From the NCBI GenBank assembly GCA_963701075.1, contig OY969559.1:800001-864000 (forward strand): 64,000 nucleotides of DNA. The letters are read 5' to 3'. Of this stretch, positions 9,906 through 22,212 are shown piece by piece; position 1 is the first letter of the stretch, and every line of letters starts with the position of its first letter. The notes beneath the pieces are model-generated. The model was not told where the DNA came from. It was given only the letters and a program-made list of their open reading frames with translations, and did not search any database. Made by a program: the position numbers and the translations under genes. This DNA comes from an uncultured Nitrososphaerota archaeon (lineage in GTDB: Archaea > Thermoproteota > Nitrososphaeria > Nitrososphaerales > Nitrosopumilaceae).

Positions 9906-10154
9906 TTTTTTTTATTAATTATTCCCTATACTTTATTCTGATAAAATTACCTAGTCCCATTTTACCTTGATTGATTAAAGTATCTGTCAAACTAAAATCC
10001 GATGATTTAGGATACTGTAACATCATTTGCCTGATATGACTATACCATGCAGTTGCAAGGAGTCCACAGGCTATCTAATTTAATCATAATTGACAAAAAC
10101 TACAACAATTCCTCACTTATGAGATCTTCTTGATATTCTACGACTCCCTCATCG

Positions 10155-13100
10155 TTGAGAGTCTCTCTTACACTAGTAGGAATCATAGTATTTGCACTGT
10201 CAAGTGCCATGCTTGGATACGCATGGGCATCCGGTTCTCCGCCTTTTGTGATACAATGGGGAACTTATGGGCTACAGACTAATGGACAATTTGCCTTTCC
10301 GCAAGGAATAGCTACTGATCCTTCAGGAAATGTCTATGTTACAGACTTGGGCAACAGAAGAGTCCAGGAGTTTGATAACAATGGTAACTTTTTGTCTACA
10401 TGGGGAATCAAAGGATCTGGCAATGGCACTTTCGAAGAACCTGAAGGAATAGCAGTAGGTGGAGGTTCTGTTTACGTTGTTGATAATGAGTTGAACATGG
10501 TTCAAAAATTTGATATGAGTGGACACTTTATCACGCAATGGGGAAGTAGAGGCAGTAGCAATGGACAATTTTTACTTCCTCAAGGAGTTGCAGTCGACTC
10601 TAATGGTAACATTTACGTTGCAGATACTGGAAATAGCAGAGTCGAAAAGTTTGGTGCTAACGGGACATTCTTGCTTTCAATTGGAAGTAGTGGTCTTGAT
10701 AATGGTCAGTTTCTCTCCCCACACGGAGTAGCTGTTGATTCGTATGGTTATGTCTATGTTACAGACACTGGAAATAATAGAATTGAAAAGTTTGGTCCCG
10801 ATGGAACTTATCTACAAACATATGGCGCATCAGCCGGCCTAAAATCACCAATTGGAATTGCCGTTGATAAATCTGGTGATATCTATGTTGCAGATGATGG
10901 AAATAACCAAATTGTTGAATTTGACAGTAACGGAAATACAATAGCTTGGGGTAACGCTGGCACAGGACCAGATTTCTTTATGGAGCCAAGAGATGTTGCA
11001 GTTGACTCGGCAGGAAATGTCTTTGTTGTAGACAGCGATAATAACAGAATACAAAAATTTGGCTCATCAACACCACCACCGCAAATACCATCACAAACAA
11101 ATCAAACTAGCAAAACCACTCAAGCACAAAGTACTCAGACTACCCAGAATCAAAACACAGTGCAAAGTAATCAGACTACGCAGAATCAAAATACAGTACA
11201 AAGTACAAATTCATCATTAATTACAGATCCAAGTGAGACTACACTGCCGCAAATTACTGCTCCACCTAACATGACTGTCGAAGCAACAGGAATTTTGACT
11301 CCTGTTTCTATTGGTCAGGCTACTGCAACCGATGCAGTAAAAGTTGTCTCCATTACTAATAATGCACCGTCTAAATTCCCGTTAGGCGTAACAATGGTCA
11401 CGTGGATTGCCATGAATGCGGGAGGAAATACTGCAAAGGCGGTTCAAACAATAACTATAGCTGATACCACTCCTCCTACACTTACTGCTCCACCCAATGT
11501 TACTGTTCAGGCAACAAGTTCTAATCATAATACTGTCAATCTAGGACTTCCATCTGCATTTGACGCAGTAGGAGTAGAATCTATCACAAATAATGCCCCG
11601 CCATACTTTCCATTGGGACAAACAGTTGTTACTTGGAAAGCAATTGATCCGTCAGGTAATGTAGCTACTGCCACACAAACAGTGACGGTCCAAGATACTA
11701 CACCCCCAACAATAAGAGCACCTGCAGACATGACTGTTAATGCCACTGGAACACTAACACCGGTGAATGTCGGTCAGGCAACTACCACTGACAACATTGG
11801 AATTGCTTCACTTACCAATAATTCCCCCCAACAAGGATTTCCACTTGGTACCACTATAGTTACTTGGACTGCAGTTGATGCAGGTGGAAATACGGCTAAT
11901 GCAACACAAAAGATAACAGTTGTTAATAATACTCCGCCAAAGCTAACCCCACCAGCAAGTGTCACCTTTGAAGCAACGTCTCTTAACAATAACATAGTAC
12001 CACTTGGCAATGCAACAGCTACTGATTTTCAGCAAGTCACTATAACCAATAATGCTCCTAGTGTATTCCCACTAGGTAAGACAACAGTACTGTGGACTGC
12101 AAAGGACGCATCAGGTAATACAGCTAATGCCACTCAGACTGTTGTTGTACAGGATACCACTGCACCAAAGCTAACCCCACCAGCAAGTGTCACATTCCAA
12201 GCCACTTCACTAAATAACAATACAGTACCGCTTGGCAATGCAACAGCTACCGATATCGAACCAGTCACCATAACTAACAACGCATCAAAGACATTCCAGC
12301 TAGGCAAGACAACAATATTGTGGACTGCAAAGGACGCATCAGGTAATACAGCTAATGCCACTCAGACTGTTGTTGTACAGGATACCACTGCACCAAAGCT
12401 AACCCCACCAGCAAATGTCACATTCCAAGCAACGTCTCTTACCAATAACACAGTACCACTGGGTACTCCTACAGTAACTGACATTGAACAAGTCACTGTA
12501 ACCAATAATGCTCCAAAAGCATTTCCAATTGGAATGACTACTGTCATTTGGACTGCAAAGGATACATCAGGTAATACAGCTAATGCAACTCAAACGGTAA
12601 ATGTAGTAGATACCACTGCACCAAAGCTAACCCCACCAGCAAGTGTCACATTCCAAGCCACTTCACTAAATAACAATACAGTACCGCTTGGCAATGCAAC
12701 AGCTACCGATATCGAACCAGTCACCATAACTAACAACGCATCAAAGACATTCCCACTAGGCAAGACAACAGTACTGTGGACTGCAAAGGATACATCAGGT
12801 AATACAGCTAATGCAACTCAAACGGTAAATGTAGTAGATACCACTGCACCAAAGCTAACCCCACCAGCAAGTGTCACATTCCAAGCCACTTCACTAAATA
12901 ACAATACAGTACCGCTTGGCAATGCAACAGCTACCGATATCGAACCAGTCACCATAACTAACAATGCTCCTAGCGTATTCCAAATAGGAAAGACAACAGT
13001 ACTATGGACTGCAAAGGACACATCAGGTAATACAGACTAATGCCACTCAAACGGTAAATGTAGTAGATACCACTGCACCAAAGCTAACCCCTCCATCTAA

Positions 13101-15030
13101 TGTCACATTCCAAGCAACATCTCTTAACAATAACACAGTATCCATTGGTAATGCAACAGCTACAGACGCTGAGCCAGTCACCATAACTAACAACGCATCA
13201 AAGACATTCCAGCTAGGCAAGACAACAATATTGTGGACTGCAAAGGACGCATCAGGTAATACAGCTAATGCCACTCAGACTGTTGTTGTACAGGATACCA
13301 CTGCACCAAAGCTAACCCCACCAGCAAATGTCACATTCCAAGCAACGTCTCTTACCAATAACACAGTACCACTGGGTACTCCTACAGTAACTGACATTGA
13401 ACAAGTCACTGTAACCAATAATGCTCCAAAAGCATTTCCAATTGGAATGACTACTGTCATTTGGACTGCAAAGGATACATCAGGTAATACAGCTAATGCA
13501 ACTCAAACGGTAAATGTAGTAGATACCACTGCACCAAAGCTAACCCCACCAGCAAGTGTCACATTCCAAGCCACTTCACTAAATAACAATACAGTACCGC
13601 TTGGCAATGCAACAGCTACCGATATCGAACCAGTCACCATAACTAACAACGCATCAAAGACATTCCCACTAGGCAAGACAACAGTACTGTGGACTGCAAA
13701 GGATACATCAGGTAATACAGCTAATGCAACTCAAACGGTAAATGTAGTAGATACCACTGCACCAAAGCTAACCCCACCAGCAAGTGTCACATTCCAAGCC
13801 ACTTCACTAAATAACAATACAGTACCGCTTGGCAATGCAACAGCTACCGATATCGAACCAGTCACCATAACTAACAACGCATCAAAGACATTCCCACTAG
13901 GCAAGACAACAGTACTGTGGACTGCAAAAGATGCTGTAGGCAACATATCTAATGTTACTCAAATAATTGACGTAGTAGATACCACTGCACCAAAGCTAAC
14001 CCCACCAGCAAGTGTCACATTCCAAGCCACTTCACTAAATAACAATACAGTACCGCTTGGCAATGCAACAGCTACCGATATCGAACCAGTCACCATAACT
14101 AACAATGCTCCTAGCGTATTCCAAATAGGAAAGACAACAGTACTGTGGACTGCAAAGGATACATCAGGTAATACAGCTAATGCAACTCAAACGGTAAATG
14201 TAGTAGATACCACTGCACCAAAGATAATTCCGCCACATACAGTCATAGTTAATGCTACAAGTCCTACAAGTAACCAAGTAAACATTGGTAATGCTACAGC
14301 TACCGATAACACCGAAGTAGCTTCCATTACAAATGATGCTCCTACAGTATTTCCATTTGGTAACACAACAGTAACTTGGATTGCAAAAGACATGGCAGGT
14401 AATATTGCGACTGCAACTCAGCTAGTTGAAGTAGTTGATCATTCTCCACCACAGCTAACAATTCCATCATCTATTACCATAAATGCTACTTCCTTTGCAA
14501 CTCCAGTTTCAACAGGTCAAGCTACAGCAACCGGTATCATTGATACTTCACCTACTATAACAAACAACTCTACCGGTCTATTTCATATTGGAAAGACGAT
14601 AATACAATGGACTGCTGTTGACAAGTTTGGAAATACAAAGTCGCTAGATCAGACAGTCAATGTTCTAGCATGTGGAAAGCCTGAATCTCTCTATAATGTA
14701 ATTATAGGAACTAACAGTAGTGACACCTTAACAGGTTCGCCAGTATCGAACTTGATATTGGGGCTTGATGGGAATGATACGATTCACGCAGGTCCAGCAG
14801 GAGATTGTATCATTGCAGGAAACGGTAACAACATAATATTTGGAGGTAGTGGAAATGACATAATTATTGCAGGTAATGGAAATAACGTCATCAGGGGAAG
14901 TACCGGTAATGAATTGATCTATGTAGGAACTGGAAGCAACATAATCCAAGGTGGCACTGGTCATAATACATGCTATCTAGGCAACCCAAGTGCAGATACA
15001 GTGGCTAACTGCCAGGCTCAAAAACAATAA
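10155..15030 (+). CDS. Large surface protein: signal peptide, NHL beta-propeller, about 15 HYR-like repeats, C-terminal Gly/Asn-rich RTX-like repeats; split by a +1 base at 13036
   Basis: P.G.AVD..GN.YV.D NHL repeats; DTTAPKLTPP units; GSGND/GNGNN repeats; ACAGACTAA versus ACAGCTAA in the sister repeats. Confidence 0.85.
11923..14220 (+). repeat. Intragenic tandem array of near-identical 228-bp units, with a higher-order 4-unit duplication
   Basis: GATACCACTGCACC recurs every 228 bp; identical antisense ORFs at 12362 and 13275 are 913 bp apart (4x228+1). Confidence 0.9.
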
Positions 15031-15099
15031 AACTTCTACTGTTTTTTATTGAATAATTTTCATATAGATTATAATGACAACCTGTCTTTTTGAAGATGG

Positions 15100-16377
15100 A
15101 TGTCAAACTCAAAGAGACTGTTTTTGAGATCAAAGAAAGTAATTCCTTCTGGAATCAATAGCCCAGTTAGATATTATGATCCTTATCCATTCTTTGTCAA
15201 AAAGGCTCAAGGAAGCTCACTTTGGGATGTTGACGGAAACCATTACCTTGATTTTTGCAATGGATATGGTGCACTATTGCTAGGTCATAGACGAAAGGAA
15301 ATTATTTCTAGCGTTATGTCTCAACTGAAAAAGGGAACTCTTTACTGTGCACCAACAGAACTTGAAGTGGAATTATCTGAGCTGATATCAAAAAACTTTC
15401 CTTCAATGCAAAAAGTTAGACTAGTAAATACAGGAAGTGAGGCAACTATGACTGCTATAAGACTGGCAAGGGGTTTTACAAAAAAGAAAAAGATCATCAA
15501 GTTTGAGGGGTGTTATCATGGTGCACACGATTATGTTTTGGTAAAGGCAGGGTCTGGAGCAGCCCATATGGGAATATCTGTTTCTGATGGAAGTCTTGAA
15601 GAAGTTTCCAAGAATACGCTAGTTGTTCAGTACAATAATTCTCAGGAACTTGCTTCTGTTTTAGAAAAAGAAAAAGATGTTGCGGCTGTAATAGTAGAAC
15701 CAGTTCTTGCAAATATGGGACTTGTGTTACCAGAAAAAAATTTTCTAAGCGATATAAGAAAAATTACATCAGAAAATGGCAATCTTTTGATATTTGACGA
15801 AGTTGTGACAGGATTTAGAATGTCTCCTGGAGGGGCTCAGAAATCATATTCTATAGCGCCAGATATCACCACTCTTGGCAAAGCGTTAGGAAACGGCTTT
15901 GTTATTGCAGCAGTTGGTGGAAAAAGTGAGATTATGGATCTCCTTTCTCCCGAAGGAAAGGTCTATCAAGCAAGCACATATGCTGGCAATCCTGTATCTG
16001 TATCTGCTGCACTTGCCTCTGTAAAAACAATGAATAAGAAAAAAGCCAAACTTTATCCTAAACTTGAGAGAGCCTGCAAGGGCTTGGTATCGGTTCTGGG
16101 AGATCTTGCATCTGATGTGAATATACCGCACCAAATTAATTCCATCAGTTCCATGTTTCAGATCTTTTTTACAGACAAGCAAGTGGTTGACTATTCCACT
16201 GCAAAGTCATCTGATACTATGAAATTCAAAAAATTATTCAATGGGTTACTAAAAAATGAAATCTTTGTGGCACCATCGCAATTTGAAACCGTTTTCCTTT
16301 CATATGCTCATACAGATGAAGATATACAAAAGGCAGTTATTGCATATGAAAAAGCGTTAAAGACGGTGAAAGAATGA
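15100..16377 (+). CDS. hemL: Glutamate-1-semialdehyde 2,1-aminomutase
   Basis: GINSPVR, FEGCYHG, FDEVVTGFR and PLP lysine in LGKALG. Confidence 0.95.
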   Translation: MSNSKRLFLRSKKVIPSGINSPVRYYDPYPFFVKKAQGSSLWDVDGNHYLDFCNGYGALLLGHRRKEIISSVMSQLKKGTLYCAPTELEVELSELISKNFPSMQKVRLVNTGSEATMTAIRLARGFTKKKKIIKFEGCYHGAHDYVLVKAGSGAAHMGISVSDGSLEEVSKNTLVVQYNNSQELASVLEKEKDVAAVIVEPVLANMGLVLPEKNFLSDIRKITSENGNLLIFDEVVTGFRMSPGGAQKSYSIAPDITTLGKALGNGFVIAAVGGKSEIMDLLSPEGKVYQASTYAGNPVSVSAALASVKTMNKKKAKLYPKLERACKGLVSVLGDLASDVNIPHQINSISSMFQIFFTDKQVVDYSTAKSSDTMKFKKLFNGLLKNEIFVAPSQFETVFLSYAHTDEDIQKAVIAYEKALKTVKE

Positions 16378-17310
16378 GATATCTTGTAGGTGCCAGAGGA
16401 AGTCAACTGTCTCTCAGCTCAAACTAACTGGGTTATTTCAGAATTAAAAAAGAACACCCCACAGACAGAATTTGATATAGTTCCAATAAAAACAAAAGGA
16501 GACACAGATGCAAGACCGCTTTTTACTATAAACCAAAAAGGAATATTTGAAAAAGAGATCGATAGGGCTGTTGCTGAAAAAAAAGTGGATTTTGCAGTAC
16601 ATAGCTTAAAGGATGTTCCAGCAGAACTGCCTGAAGAACTCGTGCTTGCATGCATTCCAAAGAGAGAGCCTGCAAATGACATATTCATATCAAAAGATGG
16701 CAAGACGTTAAATGCCATAAAAAAAGGAGCAGTCATTGGCACAAGCAGCTTGAGAAGAGCCGTACAAATATCACGGCAGCGACCAGATTTGATAGTAAAA
16801 CCAATCCGGGGCAACATAGAAACAAGAATCAAAAAAATAGACGAGGGTAAATTTGACGGTATAGTTTTAGCTCAAGCTGGTATACAACGATTAGGACTTG
16901 ATGTGAAATTTGAGATACTCCCTGTAGATGTTTTTGTACCTTCTCCAGGTCAGGGTGCTCTGGCAATAGTGGCAAGAAAAGATAACATCACATTACTTGA
17001 TACACTAAAAAAAATTGAGGATCAGGCCTCAAGAATTGCAATTGAAGCTGAACGTTCATTATCCATGTTTGTAGACTCGGGATGTAGGTTCCCTGTAGGG
17101 GCTCTTGCTGATCAGGATGGAGGAAAACTGACTCTTAGCGTTACGGTTTATTCTGTAGACGGCAGCAAATTTATCACAGTTAAAAGAGATTCTGAACCAA
17201 CGCAGGCCAAAGAGCTTGGAAGACAAATTGCCTCAGAACTTTCAGCAAAAGGAATAGAAGAGCTGGCAAAGAACTGGAGAGAAAAGGTCGAGGAATGGAA
17301 TCAAAAATGA
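16374..17310 (+). CDS. hemC: Hydroxymethylbilane synthase; apparent +1 base at about 16415
   Basis: ATG at 16374 gives MRYLVGARGSQLSL, which joins AQTNWV after removing one base; VHSLKD, GTSSLRR and RGNIETR motifs. Confidence 0.92.
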
Positions 17311-18050
17311 AAGGTAAAGTCTTCATTGTAGGGGCAGGCCCGGGCGATCCTAAGTTGATTACCCTTAAGGCTGTTGAAGCAATCAAGTCATCTGATGTAG
17401 TCCTGTTTGATAGGCTGGTAAGCAAGAAAATAATCGATATGATTCCAAAAAGAACTGAAAGAGTGTATGTTGGAAGAGATGTGGGCGATGATTACAAACA
17501 CCAGGATGCGACAAATGAATTGATGGTAAAATATGCTAAAACCAAAAAAAACGTTGTCAGACTAAAGGGAGGAGACCCATTTATTTTTGGAAGAGGAGGA
17601 GAAGAAGCAGAATTTCTCAGGGAACATAAAGTCAAATATGAAATTATTCCAGGAATCACTTCTGGAATAGGTTCTGCAGAATATTCTGGAATACCTCTAA
17701 CCCACAGAGACTATGCATCTTCTGTTGTGTTTGTTACAGGTCATGAGGATGCAAAAAAGACCCAAGGAGCAGTAAACTGGAAAAAACTAGCCAAATCTGT
17801 TGACACTATAGTGATAATGATGGGGCTTTCAAGACTTGAGATAATTTCAAAGAGTCTGATCAGTGGAGGCCTTGACAAGAATACCCCTGTTGCAGTAATT
17901 CAGAATGGTACTACTGATAAACACAAAATGATCAAGGGAAATCTGGCAAATATTGCAAGGAAGGTCAGTGAATCAAAAATAAGACCTCCGTCTATAATTA
18001 TAATAGGCAAAGTTGTCTCTCTTTCAGAGAAGATAGGGTGGAGAAAGTGA
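17307..18050 (+). CDS. cobA: Uroporphyrinogen-III C-methyltransferase
   Basis: VGAGPGDP, RLKGGDPFIFGRGGEE. Confidence 0.95.
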   Translation: MKGKVFIVGAGPGDPKLITLKAVEAIKSSDVVLFDRLVSKKIIDMIPKRTERVYVGRDVGDDYKHQDATNELMVKYAKTKKNVVRLKGGDPFIFGRGGEEAEFLREHKVKYEIIPGITSGIGSAEYSGIPLTHRDYASSVVFVTGHEDAKKTQGAVNWKKLAKSVDTIVIMMGLSRLEIISKSLISGGLDKNTPVAVIQNGTTDKHKMIKGNLANIARKVSESKIRPPSIIIIGKVVSLSEKIGWRK

Positions 18051-18841
18051 TACAGGGAAAAGTCATAGCAATCACACGCTCTAAGGAGGACTCGGAGGAG
18101 TTTGTCCGCCTAATTACGGGTGAGAAGGCACGTGCAATATCGCTTCCAACCATAGATCTTGTCAGCAAAGGCGAGGGAATGGTAGATGAATTTCTAGATG
18201 CGGTAAAGGAAGAAGATCCTGACTTTTCTGTATTTATGAGCTCAAAGGCTGTAAAACTACTGTTTGGTACTGCTAGAAAGATCTCAAAGTATGAAAAGCT
18301 ACAGCTAGGAGTGGCAAACACCACAGTAATTGCAGTTGGTCCAAAAACAAAGACAGCGCTTGAAGCAGAAGGAATTAGAGTGGCTCATGTTCCTGAAAGG
18401 TTCTCGTCAGTAGGTGTTGGCGAAGTTTTCACACGCCTGAACGCAGAAGGAAAAAAAGTAATTGTACCAAGAAGCGGAGCATCTACAGAATTTCTAGCTC
18501 AACTTCTTGAGAAGATAGGGCTCAAAGTAAAGGAGGTTTACTTGTATGACGTCAAGTCTCACAGCGATCTGACTCAATGGATAGAATTCAAGCAATTGTT
18601 TTCAAATAACAAGGTAGATGGTATTGTCTTTACAAGTGCGTCTTCTGTCCGGGCATTCTTTGAGATTATGCTTGGCGACACAGATGAAAACACATTGAAG
18701 ACAAACCTGAAAAAAACAACTGTTGTGGCAATAGGTCCGTTTACCGCAGATGAATTAAAAAAATCTGGAATAAATCCAATAATTGCAGATGTTCATACCG
18801 TTCCAGGTGCGGTAGAGACGATAAAGAATTGTCTCTGCTAG
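18047..18841 (+). CDS. hemD: Uroporphyrinogen-III synthase
   Basis: ITRS, AVGPKT, FTSASSV and AIGPFTA motifs; operon context. Confidence 0.9.
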   Translation: MIQGKVIAITRSKEDSEEFVRLITGEKARAISLPTIDLVSKGEGMVDEFLDAVKEEDPDFSVFMSSKAVKLLFGTARKISKYEKLQLGVANTTVIAVGPKTKTALEAEGIRVAHVPERFSSVGVGEVFTRLNAEGKKVIVPRSGASTEFLAQLLEKIGLKVKEVYLYDVKSHSDLTQWIEFKQLFSNNKVDGIVFTSASSVRAFFEIMLGDTDENTLKTNLKKTTVVAIGPFTADELKKSGINPIIADVHTVPGAVETIKNCLC

Positions 18842-18924
18842 CTTTATCTTCTAACATGTCAATCTTTCACTAGAGAAAATTTGGATTTTTTTAAACGTTA
18901 TTCTAAGATCTTGGAATAAGATCG

Positions 18925-19000
18925 TTAGCTAGGCCTAAGATGATTTGCGATGTCAGTCGACAAATATTGTATCCGTTTACATGCATTTAGCTTAGCCTAC
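18925..19000 (+). promoter_or_regulatory. Two TTAG-N6-CTAA/C boxes upstream of sufB (18925-18938, 18987-19000)
   Basis: TTAGCTAGGCCTAA and TTAGCTTAGCCTAC; a matching box lies upstream of sufC. Confidence 0.6.
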
Positions 19001-19062
19001 TCCGCTGTACATGTGTGAAGAGGGGTATAACTTTTTTATAATATAACGGAGTTATGTAAAGC

Positions 19063-20463
19063 ATGACAACAGAGAACCTCAATATGGATTATACAAAATA
19101 TGATTTCAAAGACTCTACTGAGATGTATGTTTACACAAGTAAGAAGGGGTTATCAAAAGAAGTAGTTGAAGAGATTAGCAAACTAAAGGATGAGCCACAA
19201 TGGATGCTAGACTTTAGACTCCGCTCATATGATATCTTCATGAAAAAACCAATGCCAAATTGGGGTGCAGATCTCAAAACTATTGACTTTAACAATATCT
19301 ACTATTACGCCAAGGCTTCTGAAAAGACAGAAAAAGATTGGGATAGCGTTCCAGCAGAAGTAAAGGCAACCTTTGATAAGCTTGGAATTCCAGAGGCCGA
19401 AAAGAAGTTTTTGGCCGGAGTCGGGGCTCAATACGAATCTGAGGTTGTTTATCATAGCCTAAGAGAAGACCTCGCAAAGAAGGGCGTTCTCTTCCTTGAC
19501 ACTGACACTGCTCTAAAAGAACATCCAGAAATTCTCAAGAAATATTTTGGTAAAATAATTCCGCCAGAAGATAATAAATTTGCGGCACTTAACAGCGCTG
19601 TCTGGAGCGGTGGATCGTTCATCTATGTTCCAAAGGGCGTAAAGGTAGACCTGCCATTACAAGCATACTTTAGAATCAACAAGGAGAATATCGGTCAGTT
19701 TGAAAGAACACTGATAATTGCTGACGAAGGCGCCGAGGTTCATTACATAGAAGGATGTACAGCTCCTGTATACTCCTCAGAATCACTGCACTCTGCAGTT
19801 GTTGAATTGATTGCAATGAAAGGTGCTAAACTGAGATACACCACGATTCAAAACTGGAGCAATGATGTTTACAACTTGGTTACAAAGAGAGCATATGCAT
19901 ACGAAGGCGCTAGAGTTGAATGGATTGACGGTAACATTGGAAGTAGGGTCACCATGAAATATCCAGGAATTTATCTCCTTGGACAAAGAGCACATGGAGA
20001 GACACTATCAATTGCATTTGCAGGCAAGAACCAACACCAAGACACTGGTGCAAAAATGGTTCATCTTGCTCCGTATACTACATCTAGAACTACATCTAAA
20101 TCAGTAAGCAAGAGCAACGGCAGAACTACATACAGAGGGCTATTGCATGTTGCCAAGGGAGCAACAAACGTCAAAGCTTCGGTAAGATGTGACGCTCTTT
20201 TACTTGATGATACATCCAAGACTGACACTTATCCTTACATGGAAATTAACCAAGAAGATGCAACAATTACTCATGAAGCAACTGTAGGTAAGATAGGCGA
20301 CGAGCAAATATTCTATCTAATGACAAGAGGTTTCACAGAAGAAGAAGCACTCACTCTCATTGTAAACGGATTCATCGAGCCATTCACTAAAGAGCTACCG
20401 ATGGAATATGCAGTTGAGCTCAATAGGCTAATCAAACTTGAAATGGATGGCTCAGTCGGTTAG
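19063..20463 (+). CDS. sufB: Fe-S cluster assembly protein SufB
   Basis: [34 protein letters not shown]. Confidence 0.95.
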   Translation: MTTENLNMDYTKYDFKDSTEMYVYTSKKGLSKEVVEEISKLKDEPQWMLDFRLRSYDIFMKKPMPNWGADLKTIDFNNIYYYAKASEKTEKDWDSVPAEVKATFDKLGIPEAEKKFLAGVGAQYESEVVYHSLREDLAKKGVLFLDTDTALKEHPEILKKYFGKIIPPEDNKFAALNSAVWSGGSFIYVPKGVKVDLPLQAYFRINKENIGQFERTLIIADEGAEVHYIEGCTAPVYSSESLHSAVVELIAMKGAKLRYTTIQNWSNDVYNLVTKRAYAYEGARVEWIDGNIGSRVTMKYPGIYLLGQRAHGETLSIAFAGKNQHQDTGAKMVHLAPYTTSRTTSKSVSKSNGRTTYRGLLHVAKGATNVKASVRCDALLLDDTSKTDTYPYMEINQEDATITHEATVGKIGDEQIFYLMTRGFTEEEALTLIVNGFIEPFTKELPMEYAVELNRLIKLEMDGSVG

Positions 20464-20493
20464 TCCGACTTGCCAATAGCACTCTGAGCGGAT

Positions 20494-21894
20494 ATGTCAT
20501 CTTTTGTCCTGTCTAAGCTTGGCGTAAATCATCTAGATGAAATCTCTGAGGCCAACAACGAGCCAGTTTGGCTAAAAGACTATAGAAAGAATTCGTTTTC
20601 AATTTACGAGCGACTCCCGCCTGAAGTTTCTCCACTTTATAACAAATACACAGATGCCAATAGAATGGATGCGTCACAAGTGACATTCTCTTTAAGCTCT
20701 GACACCACACTGCCTGATTTTGTAAATGACAGACTAGCTGAAATTTCAGACAATCCATACATAATTCAGATAGGGACAAACATTTCAAAGATAAGCATAC
20801 CTTCAGAATTAAAATCAAAGGGTCTAGTTGTCTGCTCAATTCAAGATGCCATAAGAGAGCATGAAGATAAGATAAGAAAAACATTTGAAAAAATTGATGC
20901 CAACAGAGACAAATATGTTGCACTCAACAATGCATTTTTCAATTCTGGAATTTTTATCTATGTTCCACGGAACCTAGTTTTAGAAAAACAAATCCACATG
21001 ATATCTTCTCTCTCCCTTGACCAGTCCTCTACCATATCTAGGAATATTGTAATAGGAGATGAAAACAGCAAGGCATCTATAGTCCAAGAGATTTATGCAC
21101 CAAAATCCGCCAAGCAACAAGCATATCTTGAGGTTCTCGACGCTACTGTTAACCCAAATAGTCAGCTTGAACTTGTTACACTGCAAGCAATGGATCAAAA
21201 TGCAGTAAACTTTTCATCTAGAGCCGCAAGGATTGCACAAGATGCCAAAATGAGCTGGTACCTTGGATTGTTTGGCTCATATCTTTCAAGATACAAAGTT
21301 GATAACTACCTCAATGGAACCGGCGCAAATGCACATGATACCGAAGTAGTGTTTGGAAACAATAATCAATCATTTGATCTGGCTTCTAATCTGATACATA
21401 ATGCCCCTTCTACTATTGGCCGAGTCTTGGAAAAATCTGTTCTCAAAGATACTTCCAAGTCTCTCTTTAAGGGAATGATTAGAATTGAAAAAGATGCGCA
21501 CCATTCAGAATCATATCTTGCAGGCCACTCAATATTGTTAGATAAGGGAGCAAAATCAGATTCCATTCCAGGCCTTGAAATACTAACAAACGATGTAAAG
21601 GCAACGCATTCGGCCTCGGTTGCTCAGATGGATGAAGAACAGCTATTCTATCTTGCCACTCGATGTTTGGACAAATCAGGAGCACAAAAGATCATAGTGG
21701 AAGGATTTCTTGAACCTCTGTCAAGAAAGATGTCATACCAGATTCGTGCCTGGATAAGCTATCTTATTGAATCAAAATGGCTTGGCAGGGACCTTAAGAT
21801 CAAAACAGATGAGCAACTCAAAGCAATACTCGAAGTAGAGGAGGCAAGATACCGCGAGACCGATATCTTCGAGAGCCATTACAAGTACAGGTGA
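20494..21894 (+). CDS. sufD: SufD family Fe-S assembly protein
   Basis: PGLEILTNDVKATHSASV; follows sufB. Confidence 0.9.
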   Translation: MSSFVLSKLGVNHLDEISEANNEPVWLKDYRKNSFSIYERLPPEVSPLYNKYTDANRMDASQVTFSLSSDTTLPDFVNDRLAEISDNPYIIQIGTNISKISIPSELKSKGLVVCSIQDAIREHEDKIRKTFEKIDANRDKYVALNNAFFNSGIFIYVPRNLVLEKQIHMISSLSLDQSSTISRNIVIGDENSKASIVQEIYAPKSAKQQAYLEVLDATVNPNSQLELVTLQAMDQNAVNFSSRAARIAQDAKMSWYLGLFGSYLSRYKVDNYLNGTGANAHDTEVVFGNNNQSFDLASNLIHNAPSTIGRVLEKSVLKDTSKSLFKGMIRIEKDAHHSESYLAGHSILLDKGAKSDSIPGLEILTNDVKATHSASVAQMDEEQLFYLATRCLDKSGAQKIIVEGFLEPLSRKMSYQIRAWISYLIESKWLGRDLKIKTDEQLKAILEVEEARYRETDIFESHYKYR

Positions 21895-22211
21895 GTATGT
21901 TGTCAGAATGGGTCAAAGTCTGTGGCACAAGTGATCTGAAAAAAGGAGACATGCTAGATTTCGATTACAAGGAAAAAAAAATTCTCTTAGCAAATCTTAA
22001 CGGAAAGGTTTACGCAACAGATAGAATCTGTACTCATGCAGATGCTGACCTTGCAACAGGAATTTTGACCGAAGAGGGGGTTACATGCCCTCTGCATCTC
22101 TCAACATTTAATCTTGCGACAGGCGTTCCTCAAAACCTTCCAGCTGAGATACCGCTTAAAATCTACAATGTTAAAATAGAACAAAATGAGATCTATGTTG
22201 AGGTAAAATAA
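21891..22211 (+). CDS. Rieske-type ferredoxin
   Basis: CTH...CPLH motif. Confidence 0.9.
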   Translation: MSMLSEWVKVCGTSDLKKGDMLDFDYKEKKILLANLNGKVYATDRICTHADADLATGILTEEGVTCPLHLSTFNLATGVPQNLPAEIPLKIYNVKIEQNEIYVEVK

Positions 22212-22212
22212 T

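Noticed and set aside
11525-14393. Series of repeated minus-strand ORFs, or a CRISPR-like periodicity
   Set aside because: These are antisense shadows of the coding 228-bp HYR repeats; there are no unique spacers and no cas genes
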